Shown one piece after another: positions 15,023 to 23,406 of a DNA stretch of 24,000 nt. The notes under the pieces were generated by a model. It saw only the letters and a list, made by a program, of their open reading frames with translations, ran no database searches and had not been told where the DNA came from. The translations under genes and the position numbers were made by a program. The DNA comes from an uncultured Tolumonas sp. GTDB lineage: Bacteria; Pseudomonadota; Gammaproteobacteria; Enterobacterales; Aeromonadaceae. The stretch's first letter is position 1, and every line of letters starts with the position of its first letter. The stretch lies in the NCBI GenBank assembly GCA_963678185.1, contig OY782757.1, forward strand, positions 2,816,388 to 2,840,387. Reading direction: 5' to 3'.

Positions 15023-16387
15023 ATGTCTCTGCATGTGATTATTCTGGCGGCGGGTAAAGGCACCCGTATGCGCTCATCCCTGCCAAAAGTGCTGCATCCT
15101 GTCGCTGGGCGCCCGATGGTTAGCCATGTTATTGCCACCGCCCGCCAACTGAATGCCGATAAAATTCATCTGGTGTATGGCCATGGCGGTGAAGTGATGC
15201 AGGCCAGATTGAATGAAGCCGATGTCGAGTGGGTGCTGCAGGCTGAACAGCTGGGCACCGGACATGCCGTGGCACAGGCAACACCGGCGATCCCGGATGA
15301 TGCCAACGTCTTAGTGTTATACGGTGACACGCCGTTGATCACCACCGAGACATTACAGGCGCTGTTGCAAGTCCAGCCGGAAAACGGCATTGGTTTACTG
15401 ACGGTATCATTGGATGATCCTACTGGGTACGGTCGTATTTTGCGTACGGACGATCAGGTTGTCGGCATCGTTGAGCAAAAAGATGCCAGTGTTGGCCAGC
15501 AGCGGATCAACGAAGTGAACACCGGTGTGCTGGTGGCGCCGGCGAAACAGTTGAAACAGTGGCTGGCAGGTTTAACCAATAAAAATGCGCAGGGTGAATA
15601 TTATCTGACCGATGTGATTGCGGCAGCCCATCAGGCCGGTAGTTCCATACAAACGGCACAACCAAGCTGTGCGCAGGAAGTGGAAGGTGCCAATAACCGT
15701 CTGCAATTAGCCAATCTGGAACGCTTCTATCAAAAACGCGCAGCCGAACAACTGATGCTGGACGGCGTTACGCTGTTGGATCCGGCGCGGTTTGATCTGC
15801 GTGGCACACTGATTTGCGGTGAAGATGTGGTGATCGATGCCAATGTGATCATTGAAGGTTCGGTGGAGCTCGGCCATCGCGTGCAGATTGGTGCTGGCTG
15901 TATTTTGAAAAACTGCGCTATTGCTGATGACAGCATTATCAGCCCATATTCCGTCATTGAAAGTTCGACCTTGGCGGAAGGCTGCACGGTGGGCCCGTTT
16001 GCCCGTTTGCGCCCCGGCGCTGAACTTGCGGCACAAGCCCATGTCGGCAATTTCGTGGAGCTGAAAAATGCCAAATTGGGCTTCGGTTCCAAAGCGGGTC
16101 ACTTGAGTTATCTGGGTGATAGCGATATTGGCGCTAACGTGAATATCGGTGCCGGTACGATCACCTGTAACTACGATGGCGCCAATAAACATAAAACCAT
16201 CATTGAAGATGATGTGTTTGTCGGTTCCGACACCCAACTGGTGGCTCCGGTTCGTATTGCTAAAGGTGCAACCTTGGCGGCTGGCTCGACCATCACCCGT
16301 GATGTGGCAGAAGATGAACTGGTTTTGAGCCGCGTGCCACAGCATCATGTAACTGGCTGGCAACGTCCGGTAAAACAGAAAAAGTAA
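15023..16387 (+). CDS. glmU: Bifunctional UDP-N-acetylglucosamine pyrophosphorylase / glucosamine-1-phosphate N-acetyltransferase
   Basis: [37 protein letters not shown]... matches the GlmU N-terminus ([21 protein letters not shown]). The C-terminal left-handed beta-helix has hexapeptide repeats. GAGG lies 6 nt upstream of the ATG at 15023. Confidence 0.95.
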   Translation: MSLHVIILAAGKGTRMRSSLPKVLHPVAGRPMVSHVIATARQLNADKIHLVYGHGGEVMQARLNEADVEWVLQAEQLGTGHAVAQATPAIPDDANVLVLYGDTPLITTETLQALLQVQPENGIGLLTVSLDDPTGYGRILRTDDQVVGIVEQKDASVGQQRINEVNTGVLVAPAKQLKQWLAGLTNKNAQGEYYLTDVIAAAHQAGSSIQTAQPSCAQEVEGANNRLQLANLERFYQKRAAEQLMLDGVTLLDPARFDLRGTLICGEDVVIDANVIIEGSVELGHRVQIGAGCILKNCAIADDSIISPYSVIESSTLAEGCTVGPFARLRPGAELAAQAHVGNFVELKNAKLGFGSKAGHLSYLGDSDIGANVNIGAGTITCNYDGANKHKTIIEDDVFVGSDTQLVAPVRIAKGATLAAGSTITRDVAEDELVLSRVPQHHVTGWQRPVKQKK

Positions 16388-16419
16388 TCTGCATTAGTCA
16401 GGTCATCCGAATAGTTCAG

Positions 16420-16446
16420 GCCCACCATCGTGTGGGCTTTTTATTT
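16420..16446 (+). terminator. Rho-independent terminator of glmU
   Basis: GCCCAC-catcgt-GTGGGC followed by TTTTTATTT, 33 nt after the glmU stop. Confidence 0.8.
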
Positions 16447-16506
16447 CCGGCTAAAAATTCTAACTCTCCGGCTTGAAGTTTCTTTTTGTAAGAATATACT
16501 GCTCTT

Positions 16507-16527
16507 TAAATTTCGAATCGAAACTTA
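16507..16527. promoter_or_regulatory. Palindrome TAAaTTTCGAaTCGAAAcTTA immediately upstream of the DeoR-family gene (candidate auto-operator)
   Basis: The core TTTCGA-a-TCGAAA (16511-16523) is a perfect 13-bp palindrome, and the extended arms match 9 of 10. It ends 5 nt before the ATG at 16532. Confidence 0.35.
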
Positions 16528-16531
16528 AGTG

Positions 16532-17305
16532 ATGATCAAGCGAAACACACAACAACGTCGGCATGCCATTATTTCCCTGCTCAATGAACAGGGCGAAGTG
16601 AGCGTGGAAGATCTGTCGCAGCGTTTTGCCACCTCCGAAGTGACGATCCGTAAAGACTTAGCTGAGCTGGAACGCAGTGGTGTGCTGTTACGCCGTTACG
16701 GTGGCGCTATTTCGCTGCCGTCCGAGATTTTAGCGGAAGAAGTGCCAGCTAAAGTTTCACAACGAAAGTTAGCTATCGCACAAGCGGCAATCCAGCATAT
16801 TCGCGATCATAACCGCATCATCATCGACAGTGGCAGCACCACCGGTGCGATGATCCCATTATTGGCGGCCAAACGCGGTCTGGTGGTGATGACCAACTCA
16901 CTAACTGTAGCGCAGGCGTTGCGGGAATTAGAAAATGAACCAACCTTGCTGATGACCGGCGGTACCTGGGATCCGCACTCCGAAGCGTTTCAGGGGCAGG
17001 TGGCAGAACAGGTACTGCGCTCCTATGATTTTGATCAGCTGTTTGTCGGTGCCGACGGCGTTGACCCAGCGCGTGGCACTACTACCTTTAATGAACTGGT
17101 TGGTTTATCGCGCGTAATGGCGGAAGTGGCGCGTGAAGTGATCGTGCTGGTGGATTCCGAAAAATTTGGCCGTCGTATTCCCAATCTGGAATTGCCGTGG
17201 AGTGCGATAGACACCTTGATCACTGATGATGGGATCGGGGAAGAGCTGAAGCAACAAATTGAACAACATGATGTGCATGTGATTTGTGCGTCAATAACTG
17301 GTTAA
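16532..17305 (+). CDS. DeoR/GlpR-family transcriptional regulator (sugar-phosphate sensing type)
   Basis: N-terminal DeoR HTH (QRRHAIISLLNEQGEVSVEDLSQRFATSEVTIRKDLAELERSGVLLRRYGGA). C-terminal DeoR-C effector domain (IIIDSGSTT..., LFVGADGVD...). Located between glmU and glmS. Confidence 0.85.
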   Translation: MIKRNTQQRRHAIISLLNEQGEVSVEDLSQRFATSEVTIRKDLAELERSGVLLRRYGGAISLPSEILAEEVPAKVSQRKLAIAQAAIQHIRDHNRIIIDSGSTTGAMIPLLAAKRGLVVMTNSLTVAQALRELENEPTLLMTGGTWDPHSEAFQGQVAEQVLRSYDFDQLFVGADGVDPARGTTTFNELVGLSRVMAEVAREVIVLVDSEKFGRRIPNLELPWSAIDTLITDDGIGEELKQQIEQHDVHVICASITG

Positions 17306-17328
17306 TAACTAATTTAAACGAAGATCTC

Positions 17329-17415
17329 GTATATAGATAAGCCGGTCGTTTGCCGCAGGGATGCGGCAGCCGAGCGTACAGGGATGTATTTACCGCGTAC
17401 CGGTGTTCTATATAC
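17329..17415 (+). other. 87-bp imperfect palindrome / putative structured leader upstream of glmS, with two GGGA-loop hairpins
   Basis: Outer perfect 9-bp pairing GTATATAGA(17329-37)/TCTATATAC(17407-15). Second tier CCGGT(17342-46)/ACCGG(17399-403). Hairpin 1 is TGCCGCA-GGGA-TGCGGCA (17351-68). Hairpin 2 is GTACA-GGGA-TGTAT (17376-89). All pairings were read directly from the sequence. Confidence 0.45.
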
Positions 17416-17445
17416 AAGGTCTGAGCAGACTGGAGAATAATACAT

Positions 17446-19281
17446 ATGTGTGGAATCGTCGGTGCAGTAGCCCAGCGTGATATTTCTGAAATTCTGGTAG
17501 AAGGCTTACGTCGTCTGGAATACCGTGGTTATGACTCTGCGGGTGTGGCAATCATCAATGCGCAAGGCGAATTACAGCGTGTTCGTCGTCTGGGTAAAGT
17601 GCAGGAATTGGCTGCCGCATTGGAAGAACAACCTTTGTCTGGCGGTACTGGTATTGCACATACGCGCTGGGCAACCCACGGCGAACCGTCAGAAATCAAC
17701 GCACATCCACATGTTTCCAATGGTGATTTAGCAGTCGTCCATAACGGTATCATCGAAAACCATGAAGAACTGCGCGTTAAACTGCAGGGGTTAGGTTACG
17801 AATTTGTCTCACAGACCGATACTGAAGTGATTGTGCATCTGGTGCACCATTACCTGAAAACTGCGGGTAGCCTGCTGCAGGCACTGCAAACGGCAGTAAA
17901 AGAACTGCGCGGCGCATACGGCACTGTAGTGATGGATCGTCGTGATCCATCGCGTCTGGTCGTAGCACGCTCAGGTTCACCTCTGGTTATCGGTCGTGGC
18001 TTGGGTGAAAATTTCATCGCATCTGATCAATTGGCGCTGTTGCCAGTGACTCGTCGTTTCCTGTTCCTGGAAGAAGGTGATGTGGCAGAAGTCACCCGTA
18101 AAGGCGTGACGATCTTTAATCACGCCGGTCAACCAGTTGAACGTGCGGAAATCGAATCGGAACTGTCGCATGACGCCGGTGATAAAGGTCAATATCGCCA
18201 TTACATGCAAAAAGAGATCTATGAACAGCCACAATCGATCCTGAATACGTTGGAAGGTCGTCTGGTTGGCAATCACATTGTGCCGGAATCTTTCGGTACA
18301 CATGCACGTGAAATCTTCCAGAAAGTACAACACGTGCAGATCGTGGCGTGTGGTACTTCTTATCACTCTGGCATGGTGGCGCGTTACTGGTTTGAAGCGC
18401 TGGCGGGTGTTTCCTGTAACATCGAAATTGCATCTGAATTCCGCTATCGCAAATCCGTCGTGCACCCAAATAGCCTGATCATCACCTTGTCTCAGTCTGG
18501 TGAAACCGCCGATACTCTGGCTGCGTTGCGTCTGGCGAAAGAGATGGGCTATATGGCCAGTCTGACCTTGTGCAACGTGCCGGGGTCGTCTTTGGTGCGT
18601 GAATCTGACCTGGCCTTTATGACCCGCGCTGGTGCAGAAATCGGTGTGGCATCGACTAAAGCGTTTACCACTCAGCTAACTGGTTTACTCATGCTGGTGA
18701 CAGCGATTGGCCGTGGTAACGGTAATATGAGTGAAACCGACGAGCATTGTGTAGCGAGTGCATTACAAGCCTTACCAATGCAGATTGAGCATGCCTTACA
18801 GCTGGATAAACAAATCGAAGCCTTGGCCGAACAGTTTGCTAACAAGCAACACAGTCTGTTTTTAGGTCGCGGTGATCAATATCCAATCGCGATGGAAGGC
18901 GCATTAAAACTGAAAGAAATCAGCTATATCCATGCAGAAGCCTATGCCGCTGGTGAGTTAAAACACGGCCCGTTAGCGCTGATCGACAGCGAAATGCCGA
19001 TCATTGTGGTGGCTCCAAATAATGAACTGCTGGAAAAACTGAAATCCAACGTGGAAGAAGTGCGTGCACGCGGTGGTTTGTTGTATGTGTTTGCTGATCG
19101 GGCAGCCGGTTTCACCAGTGATGACACTATGCGTGTGATGCCAATGGAAAGTGTGGCTGACATCATTGCACCAATTGTGTACACCATTCCGATGCAATTA
19201 CTGGCCTATCACATTGCGCTGATCAAGGGCACCGATGTGGATCAACCACGAAATCTAGCCAAATCAGTGACAGTGGAATAA
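17446..19281 (+). CDS. glmS: Glutamine--fructose-6-phosphate aminotransferase (isomerizing)
   Basis: [12 protein letters not shown]... gives an N-terminal nucleophile Cys2. Glutaminase domain plus two SIS domains ([10 protein letters not shown], ...). Ends in the canonical ...KSVTVE. GGAG Shine-Dalgarno at 17432-17435. Confidence 0.97.
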   Translation: MCGIVGAVAQRDISEILVEGLRRLEYRGYDSAGVAIINAQGELQRVRRLGKVQELAAALEEQPLSGGTGIAHTRWATHGEPSEINAHPHVSNGDLAVVHNGIIENHEELRVKLQGLGYEFVSQTDTEVIVHLVHHYLKTAGSLLQALQTAVKELRGAYGTVVMDRRDPSRLVVARSGSPLVIGRGLGENFIASDQLALLPVTRRFLFLEEGDVAEVTRKGVTIFNHAGQPVERAEIESELSHDAGDKGQYRHYMQKEIYEQPQSILNTLEGRLVGNHIVPESFGTHAREIFQKVQHVQIVACGTSYHSGMVARYWFEALAGVSCNIEIASEFRYRKSVVHPNSLIITLSQSGETADTLAALRLAKEMGYMASLTLCNVPGSSLVRESDLAFMTRAGAEIGVASTKAFTTQLTGLLMLVTAIGRGNGNMSETDEHCVASALQALPMQIEHALQLDKQIEALAEQFANKQHSLFLGRGDQYPIAMEGALKLKEISYIHAEAYAAGELKHGPLALIDSEMPIIVVAPNNELLEKLKSNVEEVRARGGLLYVFADRAAGFTSDDTMRVMPMESVADIIAPIVYTIPMQLLAYHIALIKGTDVDQPRNLAKSVTVE

Positions 19282-19306
19282 TCAGCGGTCATAAAAAAGC
19301 GTAATA

Positions 19307-19340
19307 AAAACAGGAGGATTTATTCCTCCTGTTTTGTTTG
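19307..19340 (+). terminator. Rho-independent terminator of glmS (A-tract/U-tract symmetric)
   Basis: AAAACAGGAGGA-tttat-TCCTCCTGTTTT gives a 12-bp perfect pairing including the A/T tracts, followed by GTTTG. It starts 26 nt after the glmS stop. Confidence 0.85.
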
Positions 19341-19457
19341 TCTTGCATTCCCCGGCATTGGAAATTAGGTTGTAGAACCGTTATTTGCATAAATTGGCTT
19401 AATAATTGAATTTATATAGCCCTGGCTGGTTAGGTGCGACATATAAAAGGTTTTAAA

Positions 19458-21203
19458 ATGTTACGCAAAGGAATGCGTAGACTGGTACATGGCTGCCGCG
19501 AAATACTACATCGCTGGCATGTTACTCGTTGTACTTGTGTCGATGAGCGCCAGTTGTCTCAGATAGGCCATACGCTATATCAAGAATTTGATGATGGGGT
19601 AGTCTTACTGGATAAAAACGGTTTTTTGCTGGAAGCCAACCCGGCGTTTTGTCGCCAAAGCGGTTTTTCCTTACTGGAACTACTAAGGATGCGCCGCACG
19701 CAATTACGGGCGATGCTTCAGGTGGACTGGGATATCGTATTATCGCAATTGATGACCTCCGGTCGTTGGCAAGGTGCGCTGTGGTTAAAGCATAAAACCC
19801 AAGGCTGGTTACCTTATCAACTTATGTTACGCCAGACTGCTGCTCAGTCAGGGAATGTGCAGTTATTAGGGGTTTTCTCTGTCCAACGAGGCATGTCTGT
19901 CGATGAAGAACAGCTCGATCCACTGACCGGTTTATTACACCGTCTCTCCTTTGATAACCAATTGCGCCTCCTTTGCAGGGGTACGCAGCCATTTACTTTG
20001 TTAACGCTCGATCTGGATCAGTTTCGCCAAATCAACAATCAATTTGATCACCAAACCGGTGATCGCATCTTGCAGCAATTAGCGTTACGTTTACAGCGCT
20101 TGCTGGGGCCTCGGGGGATGGTAGCACGTGTGGGTGGCGATGATTTTGCGTTACTGATCCCCGGCATGGATCAACCAGAACAAGCACAGCAGTTAGCCGA
20201 GGAAGTGTATGCCGAGGTGTTACGGCCATTTAAAAATGGCGACAGCGAAATCGCTATTTCTGGCACCTTGGGTGGCGCATTATGGCCGTTAGATGCGCGC
20301 AGTCCAGGTGCGTTATGGCGCCGGGCAGAACAAGCCTTGTTTATTGCCCGCAACCGTCATTTGCCGATGTTGGCATTTTCAGCCGGTGTGCGGCAAGAGC
20401 TGTCATATCGCCAAAAATTACAGCAAGATTTACTAGATGCCGTGCAAAACAATGGGATCTGGGTTGCCTATCAGCCGATTTGGGATAATCAGCGTCAGCG
20501 TGTCGGCAAACTGGAAGCGCTGGCCCGCTGGTCACATCCTGAATTAGGTAACATTCCACCGGATCAGTTTATCCCGTTAGCCGAAGAGAGTGGCTTGATC
20601 GGGTTGCTGGGTGAAAAAATTCTGGAACAAGCCTGTGTCGATCTGGCGCTATTGCATCAAGCCGGGTTTGATTGGTTAGAACTCAGCATCAATCGTTCGA
20701 TCATCGAATTTTTGCAATTAGATGTGCAAGCGAAAAGCTGGCTGGACGTGATCCAGCAACATCATATTGCGCCGGCAAAAATTATCTTTGAGGTCACTGA
20801 ATCGCTGTTGATGGATACACAAAGCCAACATCTGGCGCGCCTGCATACTTTGCGTGAAGCCGGATGCCGGATCGCGATCGATGATTTTGGTACCGGATAT
20901 TCCTCATTTAATTACTTAAGAAAATTTCCCATCGATATTGTGAAGATTGACCGAAGCTTTGTGCTGACCGTGCCGCATGATCATAAGGACACCCAACTGT
21001 TATTAGGTATCCTGTGTATTGTGCAAAATCTGGGTTATGAAGTGGTTGTCGAAGGGATTGAAGATGAAGCGCTACAGCAATTTTTATTGCAGCATCATTG
21101 TGAATACAGTCAGGGTTATCTGTTTAGTAAACCGCAAAATTTCACATCGTTGCTGGAATATCTGGTGGAACTATCGCCGCAAGTCCGGGCCAGCGGCGAA
21201 TAA
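19458..21203 (+). CDS. PAS - degenerate GGDEF (GGDDF) - EAL c-di-GMP signalling protein, probable phosphodiesterase
   Basis: PAS-like N-terminus (VVLLDKNGFLLEANPAFCRQSGFS). GGDEF domain (DPLTGLLHR...RVGGDDFALL). EAL domain with intact motifs (LEALARW, DDFGTGYSS, KIDRSF, EGIEDE, QGYLFSKP). The start is uncertain: ATG at 19458 is preferred over GTG at 19434. Confidence 0.85.
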   Translation: MLRKGMRRLVHGCREILHRWHVTRCTCVDERQLSQIGHTLYQEFDDGVVLLDKNGFLLEANPAFCRQSGFSLLELLRMRRTQLRAMLQVDWDIVLSQLMTSGRWQGALWLKHKTQGWLPYQLMLRQTAAQSGNVQLLGVFSVQRGMSVDEEQLDPLTGLLHRLSFDNQLRLLCRGTQPFTLLTLDLDQFRQINNQFDHQTGDRILQQLALRLQRLLGPRGMVARVGGDDFALLIPGMDQPEQAQQLAEEVYAEVLRPFKNGDSEIAISGTLGGALWPLDARSPGALWRRAEQALFIARNRHLPMLAFSAGVRQELSYRQKLQQDLLDAVQNNGIWVAYQPIWDNQRQRVGKLEALARWSHPELGNIPPDQFIPLAEESGLIGLLGEKILEQACVDLALLHQAGFDWLELSINRSIIEFLQLDVQAKSWLDVIQQHHIAPAKIIFEVTESLLMDTQSQHLARLHTLREAGCRIAIDDFGTGYSSFNYLRKFPIDIVKIDRSFVLTVPHDHKDTQLLLGILCIVQNLGYEVVVEGIEDEALQQFLLQHHCEYSQGYLFSKPQNFTSLLEYLVELSPQVRASGE

Positions 21204-21209
21204 GCGTTT

Positions 21210-22031
21210 TTATAACACCCAACGCTGTAATGCGATTGCAATTCCGTCATCATCATTACTACCTGTGACGAAATGTGCCTGCTGTTGAATTTCAGCAGCG
21301 GCGTTACCCATGGCGACACCCAAACCAACCTGTTGGAACATGCTGATATCATTGTGATTATCACCAAAGGCAATGACTTGCTCCAGCGTTAAACCCCGAT
21401 GAGTCACCCATTCGGCCAAGCGGTTACCTTTGCTATTACCTTTGTTTACGATTTCCAAACCATTTGGCGCCGTTCGATCATAGGTAATTGCTAACTCGCT
21501 GGGTAACGCTGCGATAAATTTATCAATCGCGGATGTTGTGGTGTGTGATAACTCGATTTTCCATAATGGTGTATGTGTGTGACATAAAGTTGTAATTGAT
21601 TCATGTGCAATAAAATGCGGACGTTGCTTAGAAGGTAAAGCATGTACCAGTTTTTTTACCCGACCCACATGTTCATTTTCTGGTTGATGACCAATACCAT
21701 CGGAAAAATGGCAAATCGCATCCAGTTGAAGTGATTCAATCAAAGGCATTAATTGTTGCCATTGCCGCTCAGATAAGGGTGCTCCGGTAGTGATTTGCTG
21801 ATTTTTTGTATCAAAAACATAAGCACCATTAGCGCAGATCAGTGGTGTATCCAATGCTAATTGATGATGTACCGGATAAGCCATCATATGGTGTCGCCCG
21901 GTAACTAAAATAACTTCAATCCCTTTCTCTCTTGCTTGTTGTATCGTATCTGCTGTTTTTTCAGTTACCTGATGATCACTGCTTAACAACGTACCATCCA
22001 TATCTAGGGCAATAACTGCAATATCTGCCAT
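21210..22031 (-). CDS. Cof-type HAD-IIB phosphatase (YbhA/YbiV-like sugar or pyridoxal phosphate phosphatase)
   Basis: HAD motif I VIALDMDGTLL, then ILVTGRHH, ALDTPLICANGAYVFD, NSKGNRLAEWV and VIAFGDNHNDISMFQQVGLGVAMGNA. Collinear with E. coli YbhA as I remember it. Confidence 0.82.
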   Translation of the reverse strand: MADIAVIALDMDGTLLSSDHQVTEKTADTIQQAREKGIEVILVTGRHHMMAYPVHHQLALDTPLICANGAYVFDTKNQQITTGAPLSERQWQQLMPLIESLQLDAICHFSDGIGHQPENEHVGRVKKLVHALPSKQRPHFIAHESITTLCHTHTPLWKIELSHTTTSAIDKFIAALPSELAITYDRTAPNGLEIVNKGNSKGNRLAEWVTHRGLTLEQVIAFGDNHNDISMFQQVGLGVAMGNAAAEIQQQAHFVTGSNDDDGIAIALQRWVL

Positions 22032-22234
22032 TTCACGTTTATCCTTCTTTAGGTTCTGCTCACAGGCTGAAACTTTAGCGGTTTATTTGCAAGTTACCGA
22101 TATACGAAAAAACAGGCGCTATCTATTAGCGTCGGTATTGATATACAAACTGTAATCAAAAATAGCATGCTCTTATAAAACACTTTACGTAAACTTGCGG
22201 CTCTTTTGAGCATGAGAGCAATGGGATCTGCAGT

Positions 22235-23044
22235 ATGTCTGATATTTTAAATAGCCTGATCATGGGTGTTGTAGAAGGTATTACCGAGTTCCTGCCGGTA
22301 TCCAGTACAGGTCATTTGATTGTCACCAAAGAACTTCTTAAATTTCAGGGAAGCGATACTTTTGAAATTGTCATTCAGTTAGGTGGTGTTTTGGCGGTCA
22401 TGTGGTTTTATTTCGCCACTATTTTGCAGCAAGTAAAAAGCGTTACCACTGACGCTGCTGTTCGTCGCTTCTGGATGGCCGTCATTGTCGCCTTTTTACC
22501 GGCAGCTTTTATAGGCTTGGCGTTTCATCACTACATCACGGAATATCTGTTCAATAGTATCACGGTAGCCTGCAGTCTGATTGTCGGTGGCGTGATCATG
22601 TGGTGGATAGAAGGTGCTGCTTTCAAACCCCGTACAGTTGCATTTGAACAAATCACCTTAAAGCAAGCGTTCGCGATTGGTTGTGCACAACTGTGTTCAC
22701 TGATCCCAGGGGTGAGCCGTAGTGCCTCTACTATTATGGGCGGAATGCTGACTGGGTTGGATCGCTCGACTGCTACTGGCTTTAGCTTCTTTCTGTCCAT
22801 TCCGACATTGGGTGCCGCCAGCATTTATTCCTTACTTAAAGATCTGCATGGGGTAGGGGAGCACGGTGTCGTTAATATCAGCGTTGGTCTGATTACATCC
22901 TTTATCGTCAGCCTGCTGTCGATCGGCTGGTTGTTGCGTTATATCAGTAAACACAGTTTCCGCGGTTTTGCTGTTTATCGCATCATCGCTGGCGTGCTGA
23001 TCTTGGCTTTATCCTACTTCGGTTTCTTCGCAAGCCAAGCCTAA
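22235..23044 (+). CDS. uppP: Undecaprenyl-diphosphate phosphatase
   Basis: Carries the BacA/UppP signature GVVEGITEFLPVSSTGHLI and the second motif PGVSRSASTIMGG. 8-TM protein of typical length (269 aa). Confidence 0.93.
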   Translation: MSDILNSLIMGVVEGITEFLPVSSTGHLIVTKELLKFQGSDTFEIVIQLGGVLAVMWFYFATILQQVKSVTTDAAVRRFWMAVIVAFLPAAFIGLAFHHYITEYLFNSITVACSLIVGGVIMWWIEGAAFKPRTVAFEQITLKQAFAIGCAQLCSLIPGVSRSASTIMGGMLTGLDRSTATGFSFFLSIPTLGAASIYSLLKDLHGVGEHGVVNISVGLITSFIVSLLSIGWLLRYISKHSFRGFAVYRIIAGVLILALSYFGFFASQA

Positions 23045-23058
23045 AGCCGCGATATATG

Positions 23059-23091
23059 CAGCAAATAGCCGAAATTAGCGGCTATTTGCTG
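23059..23091 (+). terminator. Strong hairpin after uppP (13-bp perfect stem, 7-nt loop, no U-tract)
   Basis: CAGCAAATAGCCG(23059-71)-aaattag-CGGCTATTTGCTG(23079-91), 15 nt after the uppP stop. It is followed by TAAAAAACA, an A-run rather than a U-run. Confidence 0.45.
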
Positions 23092-23140
23092 TAAAAAACA
23101 GCATTTAAATCAAAACCACCATAAATTTGTAATAAAGCGC

Positions 23141-23168
23141 TTGATCAAAAACGATCACTCCCTATAAT
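23141..23168 (+). promoter_or_regulatory. rrn P1-like promoter (TTGATC-N16-TATAAT) with an A/T-rich UP-like region upstream
   Basis: The -10 context CACTCCCTATAATGCG resembles E. coli rrnB P1 (ACTCCCTATAATGCGCC), including a GC-rich discriminator. The A/T-rich 23095-23135 lies upstream. Confidence 0.7.
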
Positions 23169-23231
23169 GCGGCCCCACTGAGACGGCAGACGCCGACACA
23201 GAGCGAGTTGAGAGGTTGTGACGAACAACAC

Positions 23232-23259
23232 TTGACAAGCAAAAGGGAAAGCGTATGAT
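23232..23259 (+). promoter_or_regulatory. rrn P2-like promoter (TTGACA-N16-TATGAT)
   Basis: Consensus -35 and a 16-nt spacer ending GGGAAAGCG, compared with E. coli rrnB P2 (GGGAAGGCG TATTAT). It lies about 90 bp downstream of P1. Confidence 0.6.
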
Positions 23260-23283
23260 TCGCGTCCCTGGCCTTAGCGCCAC

Positions 23284-23295
23284 GCTCTTTAACAA
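23284..23295 (+). promoter_or_regulatory. rrn leader boxA antitermination element
   Basis: GCTCTTTAACAA matches the rrn boxA consensus (TGCTCTTTAACAA) and sits in the leader between P2 and the 16S gene. Confidence 0.75.
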
Positions 23296-23406
23296 TATAT
23301 CAAGCAATCTGTGTGGGCACTTGCGTAGATTGATTAGATTGAAAAAATTTAATCAGTGATGCGAGTGACTATTAAGAAACAAGTATTCATTGAGTCAAAA
23401 AACTTT

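Noticed and set aside
14792-15034. 80-aa minus-strand ORF spanning the luxR-glmU spacer
   Set aside because: It overlaps the glmU start and the palindromic regulatory region. It has no Shine-Dalgarno, the sequence is Cys/Arg-rich and unrecognisable, and it is more likely non-coding promoter DNA.
15707-16363. 218-aa ORF antisense to glmU, plus a nested 120-aa ORF at 15730-16092
   Set aside because: It lies entirely inside the well-supported glmU CDS, in the hexapeptide-repeat (left-handed beta-helix) region. There the periodic codon composition commonly leaves the opposite strand open. The translation is low-complexity with no recognisable family.
17306-17445. A glmS ribozyme or an enterobacterial GlmZ-pairing site upstream of glmS
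   Set aside because: The spacer is only 140 nt and is dominated by the 87-bp palindromic module. I do not recognise the glmS ribozyme core, which is essentially a Gram-positive element. GlmY/GlmZ are restricted to Enterobacterales as far as I know. Neither can be formally excluded without an Rfam scan.
17977-18469. 162-aa and 117-aa ORFs antisense to glmS
   Set aside because: They are embedded in a highly conserved CDS, have no Shine-Dalgarno or recognisable domains, and show composition typical of shadow ORFs.
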